Shown here piece after piece: positions 1 through 8,612 of a stretch of 64,000 nucleotides of DNA. Origin of the DNA: Candidatus Parcubacteria bacterium (GTDB lineage Bacteria; Patescibacteriota; Patescibacteriia; Patescibacteriales; UBA12075); NCBI GenBank assembly GCA_002869165.1, contig PKTK01000012.1, positions 7,275 to 71,274 on the forward strand, written 5' to 3'. The position numbers and the translations under genes were made by a program. Each line of letters starts with the position of its first letter. Position 1 is the first letter of the stretch. The notes under the pieces are model-generated. The model was not told the origin of the DNA, ran no database searches, and saw only the letters and a program-made list of their open reading frames with translations.

Positions 1-99
1 ATTTTCGAAATAACATTTTCAAAACTTTAACACAAAAATTTACAATTATCAACTATGACCCTATATCAAAAACGGTGATCACTTTTGTCATTTCGTAAC

Positions 100-340
100 G
101 TAGTGAAGAAATCCCTTAAACGTGTTATGTTTTTGTTATTATTGGGTTTTATCAAGACGTGGAAGGGATTCACCCAAGGGGGCACTTCACCTCCAGTCGC
201 TTCGCTCCTTACAAAATGACAAGTTGTACCCACAGGGCATGATAAATTGCGAAGTAAAACAAGGTGAATCACGAAGCCCACCTGTATGAAATTACTTTCG
301 GGCAGGTGAGGGGAGATCCCCTGGGGTACAAAATATCTGA
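100..340. other. G+C-rich, inverted-repeat-dense non-coding block; candidate structured RNA of unknown class
   Basis: G+C visibly above the flanks. Complementary pairs: GTACCC 226-231/GGGTAC 324-329, CACCTG 279-284/CAGGTG 303-308, GGGG 310-313/CCCC 318-321. Only short overlapping ORFs (66-281 minus, 264-452 plus) with no RBS or recognisable motif. Confidence 0.25.
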
Positions 341-426
341 TTATTTGAAAAAAATAACTTCTGATAACCTTTTATTGGGGAAAATAGACTTTTGCACCAC
401 CGTTAATATTTTAGAATCTCAACTAT

Positions 427-453
427 TTGACCAATTTAAGAAATTGATATAAT
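427..453 (+). promoter_or_regulatory. sigma70-type promoter candidate with extended -10
   Basis: TTGACC 427-432, 15-nt spacer, TGaTATAAT 445-453. The mini-ORF ATG lies about 9 nt downstream. Confidence 0.3.
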
Positions 454-461
454 ATAAAAGA

Positions 462-580
462 ATGAAAAAAATAAACCAACAAAACAATAATAACAATAAT
501 AGCTACGGGCGACTATAGTTTTGGTTTGTAAATTCAATCAAAGATAGTCGCCTGAGACAAAGGCGATTTTTTGTTTTTTT
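462..580 (+). promoter_or_regulatory. candidate leader-peptide attenuator: mini-ORF MKKINQQNNNNNNSYGRL (462-518) plus alternative hairpins
   Basis: GGCGACTAT 508-516 can pair with ATAGTCGCC 544-552. Alternatively TCGCC 548-552 pairs with GGCGA 562-566, followed by a T-run at 567-580. The stop codon TAG 516-518 lies in the first arm. Confidence 0.3.
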
Positions 581-601
581 TAAAACAATAGGGAGGGAAA
601 A

Positions 602-778
602 ATGTATTCAAAATGTAATTGCTGTAAAATTGTCAAAATTATTAGCAATGCTTGCAAATTTTGCCCAGTAACCTTTGATTGGGCGGAGTGGAAACCAAAA
701 CAAGAAATACAAAAATCTAAATCGTTTTCAAAGCGAACACCCTCAGCCTCAGAAGTAAATTTAGATTTACCAGTCTAA
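602..778 (+). CDS. small Cys-rich protein, 58 aa (MYSKCNCCKIVKIISNACKFCPV...), below the ORF-track cutoff
   Basis: GGGAGGG RBS 591-597 upstream of ATG 602. Contains CxCC and CxxC motifs. Terminator directly downstream. Confidence 0.45.
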   Translation: MYSKCNCCKIVKIISNACKFCPVTFDWAEWKPKQEIQKSKSFSKRTPSASEVNLDLPV

Positions 779-796
779 AAACTCTCTATTAATCTA

Positions 797-828
797 AGGC
801 ATTCAACAATCCGTTGAATGCCTTTTTA
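797..828 (+). terminator. rho-independent terminator
   Basis: AGGCATTCAAC 797-807 pairs with GTTGAATGCCT 813-823, followed by TTTTT. Confidence 0.6.
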
Positions 829-1123
829 AATAACTTAATTACATAAATTAAAAGCGGATTTAAATATTAATTTTTTTGCTAGTTTCTGGCATTTCAAAAT
901 AATCAAATGCCTCTGGAATTTCCAGCCTATATCCAAAACTGCCATTTCCAAACACTAGACTCTTTTTTGTCTTCTTTCTCTTTTTTAAAAAAGAATTGTT
1001 TAGGTACTAATTTACATTTCTTTGACCCTGCCAAAATCATGCGCCCTTTTACAATTTTTGACATATATTTAAGTATAAATCAATATATAATATTTAATAT
1101 TAGCTAAAATAATAATATAATAA

Positions 1124-1152
1124 TTGACAAAATTTCTAAAATATGCTATGAT
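1124..1152 (+). promoter_or_regulatory. sigma70-type promoter candidate
   Basis: TTGACA 1124-1129, 17-nt spacer, TATGAT 1147-1152. Confidence 0.45.
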
Positions 1153-1210
1153 AAAATGTTGGAATAATCCAACTATTTGTATATTAAAAATTATATCACA
1201 GGAGGACATC

Positions 1211-2440
1211 ATGGAAAAAGTCACTCATTTGGAACCGGAAAGCTTTTGCAAATTTGTAGGAGCAATCATGGAAGGGATGAAAAAGGGTGCTTCTGATGAT
1301 GACCTCTTTACAAGTATTTCGGAAAAAGTTTCAGGCTACTCTGATCATCTGATCAACTCAGGTATCAAAAAAGCTCGAAGCAATTATGAGAAAATCCAGG
1401 CAAAAGAACGGGAAAAACAGACATGGTTCAATACTGAGATCCTCACACCAATTCTCAATTCTGCTGATACTGAGATTGGTCTCAGGGAACTCCTGACCAC
1501 CGAACCAAAAGAGCTTACAGAAAAATGGCTACAGATGATCAAGTCTTCGCACAATGTCATCTACGCCGGTATCTCCCAGGCAGCCAAGATCTCTCTTGAG
1601 AAAATGGTTGAAGAAAAGTTTCACTACAATCATCTGGCCATGAGCATTCCCGACGCTGCCAAGGATATAGCCAACATGTGGATGCTACCCCGGTATTTTT
1701 TTACTCTCTGCTCCACAGTTGAAGCAAAGATCGCCCAGGACAAGGAGAGGCTCGAAACCAAGCGGGAAAATGCCAGGAAAAAGGCCAGAGAGGCAATCCA
1801 AAAAACTCAGGCTGAACTTGCCAAAAAGCAAGAAAAGAAAAGCCGGAGAAAAAGCCGGAGAAAAGAAAGCGTCGAAGCCTTATTGAGTCGACCCAAAGAA
1901 ATGGTCAGCCTCAAAGGCATCAAGATCCCGGTTATCATTATTGAGTCGAATCAAGAACTTGACCTTATCGGTACCGAGGAATTCTGTCAGCTTTCAGGTA
2001 TCATTCCCGACAAGCCAGTGCTGGTCAAGATGGACGGTGAATACTTCTGGATCTCCAAAACCAAAAGCGGTCGAACCAACAAGAACCTGGCCGAAAATGT
2101 TTCCAAACTTCAGACGAAAAAAGACAAACCTGAGATCGTTGACAACACCATTATTCCGCAAAACTTTACAGCAATGTGGGTAAAGGTAAATGGAAATGTA
2201 ACCAGGGCCATTATCGTCCCTAGTGATCTCTGGGACAACTCTGAGGTTATAAACAAACTAACAACTCCTCGGTACTTGATGAATACTGCTCCCAGCAAAG
2301 AAAACCGGGAGCCTGTATTCTATCATGACGGTCGAAAAATCGCCAAACTCGGTGAAGCCCGTCAGGCAACTCCTGAAGAAAGGAGATCTGCCAAAAATCC
2401 AAAAAGGGGAAAGGTAGACTGGTCCTCAACCAGTCTTTAA
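1211..2440 (+). CDS. hypothetical protein, compositional outlier with a Lys/Arg-rich coiled-coil middle
   Basis: AGGAGG RBS precedes ATG 1211, an internal Met of ORF 1124-2440. Long open frame with no motif I recognise. G+C visibly higher than neighbours. Confidence 0.7.
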   Translation: MEKVTHLEPESFCKFVGAIMEGMKKGASDDDLFTSISEKVSGYSDHLINSGIKKARSNYEKIQAKEREKQTWFNTEILTPILNSADTEIGLRELLTTEPKELTEKWLQMIKSSHNVIYAGISQAAKISLEKMVEEKFHYNHLAMSIPDAAKDIANMWMLPRYFFTLCSTVEAKIAQDKERLETKRENARKKAREAIQKTQAELAKKQEKKSRRKSRRKESVEALLSRPKEMVSLKGIKIPVIIIESNQELDLIGTEEFCQLSGIIPDKPVLVKMDGEYFWISKTKSGRTNKNLAENVSKLQTKKDKPEIVDNTIIPQNFTAMWVKVNGNVTRAIIVPSDLWDNSEVINKLTTPRYLMNTAPSKENREPVFYHDGRKIAKLGEARQATPEERRSAKNPKRGKVDWSSTSL

Positions 2441-2452
2441 AAAACAAAATAT

Positions 2453-2487
2453 GGGTATCTAGTGTAAACTAGATACCCGTTTTTTTA
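2453..2487 (+). terminator. rho-independent terminator
   Basis: GGGTATCTAGT pairs with ACTAGATACCC, followed by T7. Confidence 0.7.
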
Positions 2488-2536
2488 TACTTTAATAAAT
2501 ATGTTATAATGTAATTAAATATTAATAAAAAAACAT

Positions 2537-4297
2537 ATGGAAATAATTCTAACATTGATATTGTTTTTTATTCTACTTAGTAGACAAAACAATATTCAAA
2601 AAGAGCTTAATAGGCTAAAACAAACATTAAATGAAAGTTCGCCAATCAATATCCCCCAACCTCCTAGCCCTGAATCAAAAAGTCCTGAAAACATAAAAAC
2701 CGAACAATTCAGTCAAGACGATTTTTCTTTCTTGCAAGAAAATAAAACAGAAACTAATAACACAGAAAAAGTGGAAGAACATAAGGATATATTTTACCAA
2801 TTCATCGCTTGGATGATGAAAGATCCTCTTCTTAAAATCGGGGCCTTCTTGATGATACTAGCTGTTGCTTGGTTTATAAGCTATGCTTTCATGAATAACT
2901 GGATTGGTCCAATTGGTAGAATAACTCTTGGGATTGTTTCTGGATCTTTACTTATGCTCTTTGGACTTAAAAGAGCTGAAAAATTCCTTGACCAAGGTGC
3001 AGTATTTATAACTCTTGGGGGGGTTATTGCAATTATCAGTATTTTTGTAGCTCGAGAATTATACTCCCTTCTAACGCCACTAATAGCGCTGGGAAGCATA
3101 TTTTTAATTGCTTCTTTTATGGCTTATGTAAGTTTGAAATACAAAAGTCTCGCTCTATCGGTTCTAGCAATTTTTGCTGGTGGCATAGCACCACTTCTAA
3201 CTAACACACCCGAACCAAGCATGGTCGGGCTTTTTTCTTATTTATTCATCCTATCTGCTTCTGTTTTAATGATAGTTTCGGCAATGGGATGGCGAATACT
3301 AGCTCCTGTTTCATTTTCAATTGTTTTTCTCTATAACTTACCCTATATATTTTCTTACCATCTAAGCTCAACAGAAAAATTAAATGCAATTTTATTTGCT
3401 TTTGCTTTTGCTCTTCTTTTTTATTTAACCAGTGTTATAAATATTGTTATTCACAAAAAAGCAACTAACTCTGATCTAGCTCTAAGCGCTTTAAATGCAT
3501 TACTTTTAATTATTTGGATATCAATAGCTGTAATTGAAAATTTCCAGGGCTTAATAAGTCTTGCCACTGCTCTAGTTTTTGTCTTTGGTGCCTTTATAGT
3601 CTTTCAATTTTCCCGTATCAAAGAACCTTTTTACACTTATCTGGGAATAGCTCTTATATTTATCGGAGCAGCCACCATCTTTGAACTAGACGGATATGCT
3701 TTAGCGATTGCCTTTGTTATTGAAGCTACTACTGTGTCATTTTTGGCTTCAATGTTTGGTAAAACCAGAAACGATATCATTGTTCCAGCTTTTACTCTAA
3801 TCGTGCCTTTTATTTCAACAACCATGATAATTGATGACTTCCTACCAAGATACTTCAGCTTGAATGATTTTATCTTCTTACTCATCACCAGTCTTGCCTT
3901 ATTTATTCTCTTTTTACAATATTATTTCGTACAATACAAAAGAAATATTCACATTTCTCCTCTACCTCAATTAGTAGGTGTGGCTTCAATAGTTTATTTA
4001 TTTATTAATGTCTGGTATAGCTTAGAAACAATTATTTATTCTGACATGGCGGCTCATATGTTTGCCCTCATCTTTTACACTATTTTTGGACTTTCTATGT
4101 ATATCATCGGAGTAAATAATCATAGAAAAACTCAAATTAAAATTATCGGCGGTTCTATTCTAGGTCTAGTAGTAATTCGCTTACTCTCAGTTGAAGCATG
4201 GAATATGACTCTAAGTTTACGTATAATAACATTTTTTGTGATTGCTATTATTCTAATTGGCACAGCTTTCATTGGTAATAAATCTAAAGAACAATAA
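2537..4297 (+). CDS. polytopic membrane protein, DUF2339-like layout
   Basis: 586 aa. N-terminal TM, polar linker, then more than 12 hydrophobic helices. Confidence 0.7.
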   Translation: MEIILTLILFFILLSRQNNIQKELNRLKQTLNESSPINIPQPPSPESKSPENIKTEQFSQDDFSFLQENKTETNNTEKVEEHKDIFYQFIAWMMKDPLLKIGAFLMILAVAWFISYAFMNNWIGPIGRITLGIVSGSLLMLFGLKRAEKFLDQGAVFITLGGVIAIISIFVARELYSLLTPLIALGSIFLIASFMAYVSLKYKSLALSVLAIFAGGIAPLLTNTPEPSMVGLFSYLFILSASVLMIVSAMGWRILAPVSFSIVFLYNLPYIFSYHLSSTEKLNAILFAFAFALLFYLTSVINIVIHKKATNSDLALSALNALLLIIWISIAVIENFQGLISLATALVFVFGAFIVFQFSRIKEPFYTYLGIALIFIGAATIFELDGYALAIAFVIEATTVSFLASMFGKTRNDIIVPAFTLIVPFISTTMIIDDFLPRYFSLNDFIFLLITSLALFILFLQYYFVQYKRNIHISPLPQLVGVASIVYLFINVWYSLETIIYSDMAAHMFALIFYTIFGLSMYIIGVNNHRKTQIKIIGGSILGLVVIRLLSVEAWNMTLSLRIITFFVIAIILIGTAFIGNKSKEQ

Positions 4298-4298
4298 T

Positions 4299-5423
4299 AT
4301 GAAAAAACTTTTAATTTTTACATTTTTTTTGTTGTTTGCCTGGCAAGTTCAAGCAATCACCTTTTCTGATATAGAAAAAAATAAAACTGAGGCTTTCAAG
4401 TCAGTGATTGAAATTAACGACCTAGAACTCCAAGTCCCCACTGTTGTTGAAGTGCCAATTAATGACGAAAGTATTGAAAGATATGAATTTGCTGTTTTTG
4501 AATCAAGTTCAAATTCATTTCAACCAAGCCTGCTTATACGAAAAAATCTTAATTATATTATCCCATCAACTGTAAAGTCTAATTCAGATAATTGCCAAAA
4601 TTTAAATGATGATGATTATAGCACTTATTGTCAGTATAATATACCTGAAACTGGAATAGGATCAGTCACCATCACAGAAACTGGTACAAAAGAAATCACT
4701 TCTTCTCAACTAAACATCCAGCTTGATCAATATGTGGCCTTACCTATAAAAATTGAAATCAAAGCTGATGACACTATTGTTTATGCTTTGAGTAAAATGA
4801 CTAGTAACATAATAAAATTTCCTGAAACCAAGGCAAAAAAATGGGAAATAAAACTCTACTACTCTCAACTCCTGAGAATTTCTGAATTTGATCTAGTACA
4901 AAAAAGATTAAACAATGCCAATACTCATGGTCTCCGCTTCTTGGCTCGCCCAACTAGTAACTATCATATATACTATAAGCCAGACAGATTGGCTGACATT
5001 AATATTAGTACTGGAGAAAGCGCAAACATTAGTAACAACACAGGGATTAAAATAACTAGAACCTATGTAGGAGAACTTAACCCAGCCTACAGAGAATCTG
5101 ATATCGACAATGATGGGATCACAGATTTACTTGATAACTGCGTTCAAGCTCCAAACGCAGACCAGGAAGACATTGATAAAAATGGTAGAGGTGATATATG
5201 TGAAGATTTTGATAGAGATGGTATTCTAAATTATCAAGATAATTGCCCTGACCAACCAAATAGAAACCAATTGGATCAGGATGGTGATGGTATAGGAGAT
5301 TCTTGTGACGGTGAGGAAAGTAGACTTACGGAAAAATACTCTTGGCTGCCCTATCTCGGGATCGGTATTACAGTAATCCTCATTTTAATTATGTTTATCT
5401 CAGTTTTCAAAAGTAAAAAATAA
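4299..5423 (+). CDS. secreted, C-terminally anchored protein with thrombospondin type-3-like Ca-binding Asp repeats
   Basis: Signal peptide MKKLLIFTFFLLFAWQVQA from the internal Met. Repeats DIDNDGITDLLDNC..DQEDIDKNGRGDIC..DFDRDGILNYQDNC..DQDGDGIGDSCD. C-terminal TM. Confidence 0.75.
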   Translation: MKKLLIFTFFLLFAWQVQAITFSDIEKNKTEAFKSVIEINDLELQVPTVVEVPINDESIERYEFAVFESSSNSFQPSLLIRKNLNYIIPSTVKSNSDNCQNLNDDDYSTYCQYNIPETGIGSVTITETGTKEITSSQLNIQLDQYVALPIKIEIKADDTIVYALSKMTSNIIKFPETKAKKWEIKLYYSQLLRISEFDLVQKRLNNANTHGLRFLARPTSNYHIYYKPDRLADINISTGESANISNNTGIKITRTYVGELNPAYRESDIDNDGITDLLDNCVQAPNADQEDIDKNGRGDICEDFDRDGILNYQDNCPDQPNRNQLDQDGDGIGDSCDGEESRLTEKYSWLPYLGIGITVILILIMFISVFKSKK

Positions 5424-5430
5424 AATAAAT

Positions 5431-5465
5431 AAAAAACACCTTTTTAACAAAAAAGGTGTTTTTTA
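5431..5465. terminator. bidirectional terminator between convergent genes
   Basis: AACACCTTTTT pairs with AAAAAGGTGTT, flanked by A- and T-runs. Confidence 0.7.
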
Positions 5466-5473
5466 TTAGAAAA

Positions 5474-6220
5474 TTAATTCAATACTTTGGCTTGTTTCCA
5501 GAGAAGTTCATAGATTAAATTAATAGCTGAAACAATAGCTTCTGACTCAAAAACTACACTATACATATCTTCTCCAAGTGAAGTTAGACCAAACTTATTG
5601 TCATACAAAACAAAATTTATTTCTAAGCCGTTTAGTCCGTCCATGCACCTAACTGGCTTATCAGTTTCAATCACTCCTTTTATCTCTGGTCTTTCTGCTT
5701 CATTACAGGGAATAAGATAGCGAGAATTTTGCGGGTTGCGAAGCATTTTGTACTCCTTGTGCCATTTATCAAATATTCCTGGAAACTTTTTTTCGATAGC
5801 TGAGTACGATGCCAGATAGCTTACTTTTTTAGCTTTGGCCATTTCATTAAAAACTCTGAGTATCCCTTCTGTTGAATCATAATATTTTATCATGGATGAT
5901 TCATTATTCTTTTTCTGTCCCATTCTTTTAAGAAGAGGTAACATCTCACCAAAATACTTGGTAGTAACATTTAGATGATTAAGAATCATACTAGGATCAC
6001 TAGCTGAAAAAGTATGTACCTTAGAATTTGGCGCTTTAGCAACCAAACCCTTTTTGATCAAGTCTTCAATAATAACATAAAGACCTGTTCTTTTTAGTTT
6101 GGTAATATCAGAGATCTCTGATATTTTACATTCACCATTCTCAAGTAAAGCCAAATAAACCAAGGCTTCTTTTTCATTCAAACCAGAATCATTGAGAAGT
6201 TTTAGTATTTGCTCATCCAT
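5474..6220 (-). CDS. TrmB-family transcriptional regulator
   Basis: N-terminal winged HTH (LNEKEALVYLALLENGECKISEISDITKLKRTGLYVIIEDLIKKGLV) plus a C-terminal TrmB-type domain length. Confidence 0.75.
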   Translation of the reverse strand: MDEQILKLLNDSGLNEKEALVYLALLENGECKISEISDITKLKRTGLYVIIEDLIKKGLVAKAPNSKVHTFSASDPSMILNHLNVTTKYFGEMLPLLKRMGQKKNNESSMIKYYDSTEGILRVFNEMAKAKKVSYLASYSAIEKKFPGIFDKWHKEYKMLRNPQNSRYLIPCNEAERPEIKGVIETDKPVRCMDGLNGLEINFVLYDNKFGLTSLGEDMYSVVFESEAIVSAINLIYELLWKQAKVLN

Positions 6221-6412
6221 GTTTTTAATTAAATAATTAATAATTTATAATAACTAATTAAAACAAAAATGTCAATTCTTTTGACAAAATATAAAAAAAT
6301 TTATTTAATATTAGTTAATTTTATTATTATTTAATATTTTTTCTTTGACGTTTTGATTTAATTATTATAAATTTCTAAACACAATACGTTATTTAACAAA
6401 AGGAGATTAATT

Positions 6413-6622
6413 ATGGCAGAAAACGGAATGCATGAAATAAAATGCAAAGACTCTGAAGGTAAAACTTTTAGTAGATTTTTTGGAAGGAAAATAAATGCTA
6501 ATAAGGCAATAAGGCACTGGGTTGATCAGCACAATCTTCACAAAGCAGAATATCTTGGAGCTACAAATCAAATTGGCGCCTATCCGCCAGATGACCCAAG
6601 ATATGGTGAAGAATCCTGGTAA
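6413..6622 (+). CDS. hypothetical small protein
   Basis: AGGAG RBS. 69 aa. First gene of a small operon divergent from the TrmB regulator. Confidence 0.5.
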   Translation: MAENGMHEIKCKDSEGKTFSRFFGRKINANKAIRHWVDQHNLHKAEYLGATNQIGAYPPDDPRYGEESW

Positions 6623-6654
6623 AGTTTAAACAAATATATTAAAAGGAGATAAGC

Positions 6655-7179
6655 ATGAGTTATAAAAACCTCTTTAATGATCCATTTAACCCACGTTTTG
6701 ATCCCACTCTTGGGAAAAAGCCTGATCCCTACATTAAAGAAATTGATAATCCTAAATCACCGTTTAATCAAAAAAATGTATTTTATTGTGGTGAACCTGG
6801 ATGTCCTGGACACACTAACGGTAGCAAGTGTCCAAAAATCGGATTCTTCTGTAGTGAGCCTGGTTGTAAGGGTGTGCACTTTTCACCCAAAGATAAATGC
6901 CCACCAATAATAACATTTTGTGAGACAGTGGGATGCAAAGGTCATATAAATCCCTGGGAAAAATGTAATCCTCTGCCCTACAAATGTCCGGCAAATAATT
7001 GCCCAGGACATGCCAATCCCAATCGTATGTGTTTATCAATGTATTGCGTTGAAGAGGAATATGTAATTTTAAATGATTGTGGACACGAAAACTGTCCTGG
7101 TCATGAAGACTCTAATGAGACTTGTATTGGTTTAATTCTCGAAGCAATTTTAAAAGGAGACTACAAATTCCCTAAATAG
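6655..7179 (+). CDS. protein with five tandem C-x4-C-x-G-H-x6-7-C (CCHC knuckle-like) repeats
   Basis: AGGAGA RBS. Repeats: CGEPGCPGHTNGSKC, CSEPGCKGVHFSPKDKC, CETVGCKGHINPWEKC, CPANNCPGHANPNRMC, CGHENCPGHEDSNETC. Confidence 0.65.
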   Translation: MSYKNLFNDPFNPRFDPTLGKKPDPYIKEIDNPKSPFNQKNVFYCGEPGCPGHTNGSKCPKIGFFCSEPGCKGVHFSPKDKCPPIITFCETVGCKGHINPWEKCNPLPYKCPANNCPGHANPNRMCLSMYCVEEEYVILNDCGHENCPGHEDSNETCIGLILEAILKGDYKFPK

Positions 7180-7233
7180 GGATTTATATACGGCAACAAT
7201 TGATCATAATAAGAACAATTAAACCTAGGAGAA

Positions 7234-7329
7234 ATGCATAAAATGGCAGACAATTCCATTCAAGAAAGCCAGACAAAATTTGAATGCAATAAACATTCCG
7301 AGATTCTCCAAACACTAAGCCCTGTTTGA
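7234..7329 (+). CDS. possible 31-aa ORF (MHKMADNSIQESQTKFECNKHSEILQTLSPV)
   Basis: AGGAGA RBS. The stop is embedded in the terminator stem. Too short for composition support. Confidence 0.25.
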   Translation: MHKMADNSIQESQTKFECNKHSEILQTLSPV

Positions 7330-7356
7330 TATAAATCAAACAGGGCTATTTTTTTC
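7318..7356 (+). terminator. rho-independent terminator
   Basis: AGCCCTGTTTGAT pairs with ATCAAACAGGGCT, followed by a T-run. Confidence 0.7.
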
Positions 7357-7388
7357 TTTTAATTATTATTTTTTGCTATAATTAAAAT

Positions 7389-8153
7389 ATGAATAGAAAA
7401 ATTAAAAATCTTATATACATATTACTAATCACAGTTTTTGCTGTGTCTTTTTTTAAACTAAAAGACCTTCCAGATAAATCTAAAATTTTAAACAGCTTAT
7501 ACCAGGAGCCAATTCAAGCTAGCTCCACCTCTTTGAATAATTTTAGCTTTGATTATCTTGACACTAATTACAATGTAAAACCAATAGCTGACTATGATCT
7601 CTGGGGGCTAGTGGTCTCTGTTAACAACATCAAAGCCTGGTATAATATGTATCATGACAAAACCTCAGTTAACCTAAAAGACATCTGTGTAATCTGGGGA
7701 GATAATTTGCGTAACGATATTTACAAAGAAGTTAATTATAAAAGTGGTGAATGGACCTGCTATGCTAGCTGGGGAGCAAGTGCAAGTGGCAAATTCGACA
7801 TGCATCAACTCTCTAACAATCACTTGTTTAGTGATGATGAAAACGTAAGAGACGTGATCAAGGACATGAGAATTGGCGATCAAATTTATCTGCAAGGCAC
7901 TCTGTCAGAGTACGCTAAAAATGGACAGACGAATTATCGTGGCACTAGTCTTAGTCGTGATGATTCGGGTAATGGTGCTTGTGAAACTATTTATGTACAA
8001 AAGGCAGAAATTCTCGACTCTAGCAATACTAATTGGTATTTGATTAATAAAATTTCTAAACTATTATTTATTTTATTATTGCTACTTCAATTTATTATTT
8101 TTGTAATCAACTCAATCAAAACAAATTTAGAATTAAAAAGGTTTCAAAATTAA
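7389..8153 (+). CDS. hypothetical protein with N- and C-terminal TM anchors
   Basis: 254 aa open frame with hydrophobic termini. Confidence 0.6.
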   Translation: MNRKIKNLIYILLITVFAVSFFKLKDLPDKSKILNSLYQEPIQASSTSLNNFSFDYLDTNYNVKPIADYDLWGLVVSVNNIKAWYNMYHDKTSVNLKDICVIWGDNLRNDIYKEVNYKSGEWTCYASWGASASGKFDMHQLSNNHLFSDDENVRDVIKDMRIGDQIYLQGTLSEYAKNGQTNYRGTSLSRDDSGNGACETIYVQKAEILDSSNTNWYLINKISKLLFILLLLLQFIIFVINSIKTNLELKRFQN

Positions 8154-8205
8154 ACACTTGATTTTTAATTATTTAATACTAGTTTCGTTTTTAAATTTAC
8201 CGATA

Positions 8206-8374
8206 GGGGATGGAGTTCGCGTTGTTGCTAGTGGCAGGAAGATAAAAATTTGTACTAGCGAATCGGAATCCCCAAAATTTTTTATTACTTTTTCCCTTAC
8301 AAAAGTAAGTTTACACAAGCTATTAATATTTAGTGCGCCATTCTAAATTCCCGACTTCGCGGGAATAACAAAAA
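8206..8374. repeat. composite intergenic repeat, copy 1 (long imperfect hairpin + TTTACA box + ATTCC..GGAATAACAAAA palindrome)
   Basis: Collinear with 63604-63758: GGGGAyGGAGTTCGCGT...CTAGCGAATCGGA..CCCCAAAAyTTTT...GTTTACAMAA...ATTCC(n10)GGAATAACAAAA. Confidence 0.7.
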
Positions 8375-8390
8375 AGATGGGATGTTCACT

Positions 8391-8429
8391 GGATTCCCTT
8401 CCCTCGCTTCGCTCGCCGGGAATGACAAA
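8391..8429. repeat. member of the TGTCATTCC/GGAATGACA palindromic element family
   Basis: GGATTCCCTTCCCTCGCTTCGCTCGCCGGGAATGACAAA. This is the reverse complement of the 9549-9586 copy. Confidence 0.65.
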
Positions 8430-8485
8430 GAAAGCGCTCAAATGATACGCAAGAAAAAACTAAAATTTAGGGAGGTTTTAAAATA

Positions 8486-8514
8486 TTGACTTTTTTGAGC
8501 TGTTCTGTTACACT
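8486..8514 (+). promoter_or_regulatory. sigma70-type promoter candidate for the rpsP operon
   Basis: TTGACT 8486-8491, 17-nt spacer, TACACT 8509-8514. Confidence 0.45.
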
Positions 8515-8612
8515 AATCTTAGCTTTTAGTAAAAGAAAAGCTTTTTTATTTAAAAAAACTAAAGCAATCTGAACCGTCGTTCATGCTCAAAATTGCTTTA
8601 ATACTCGCAAAA

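Noticed and set aside
100-340. Identification as RNase P RNA, SRP RNA, or a cobalamin, TPP or c-di-AMP riboswitch
   Set aside because: The hallmark cores are absent on either strand: GAGGAAAGUCC, the GGAA-tetraloop helix-8 motif, the B12 box, CUGAGA/ACCCU, and CAGCUAACCUCGUAAGC. Only short chance similarities such as GGTGAATC were seen.
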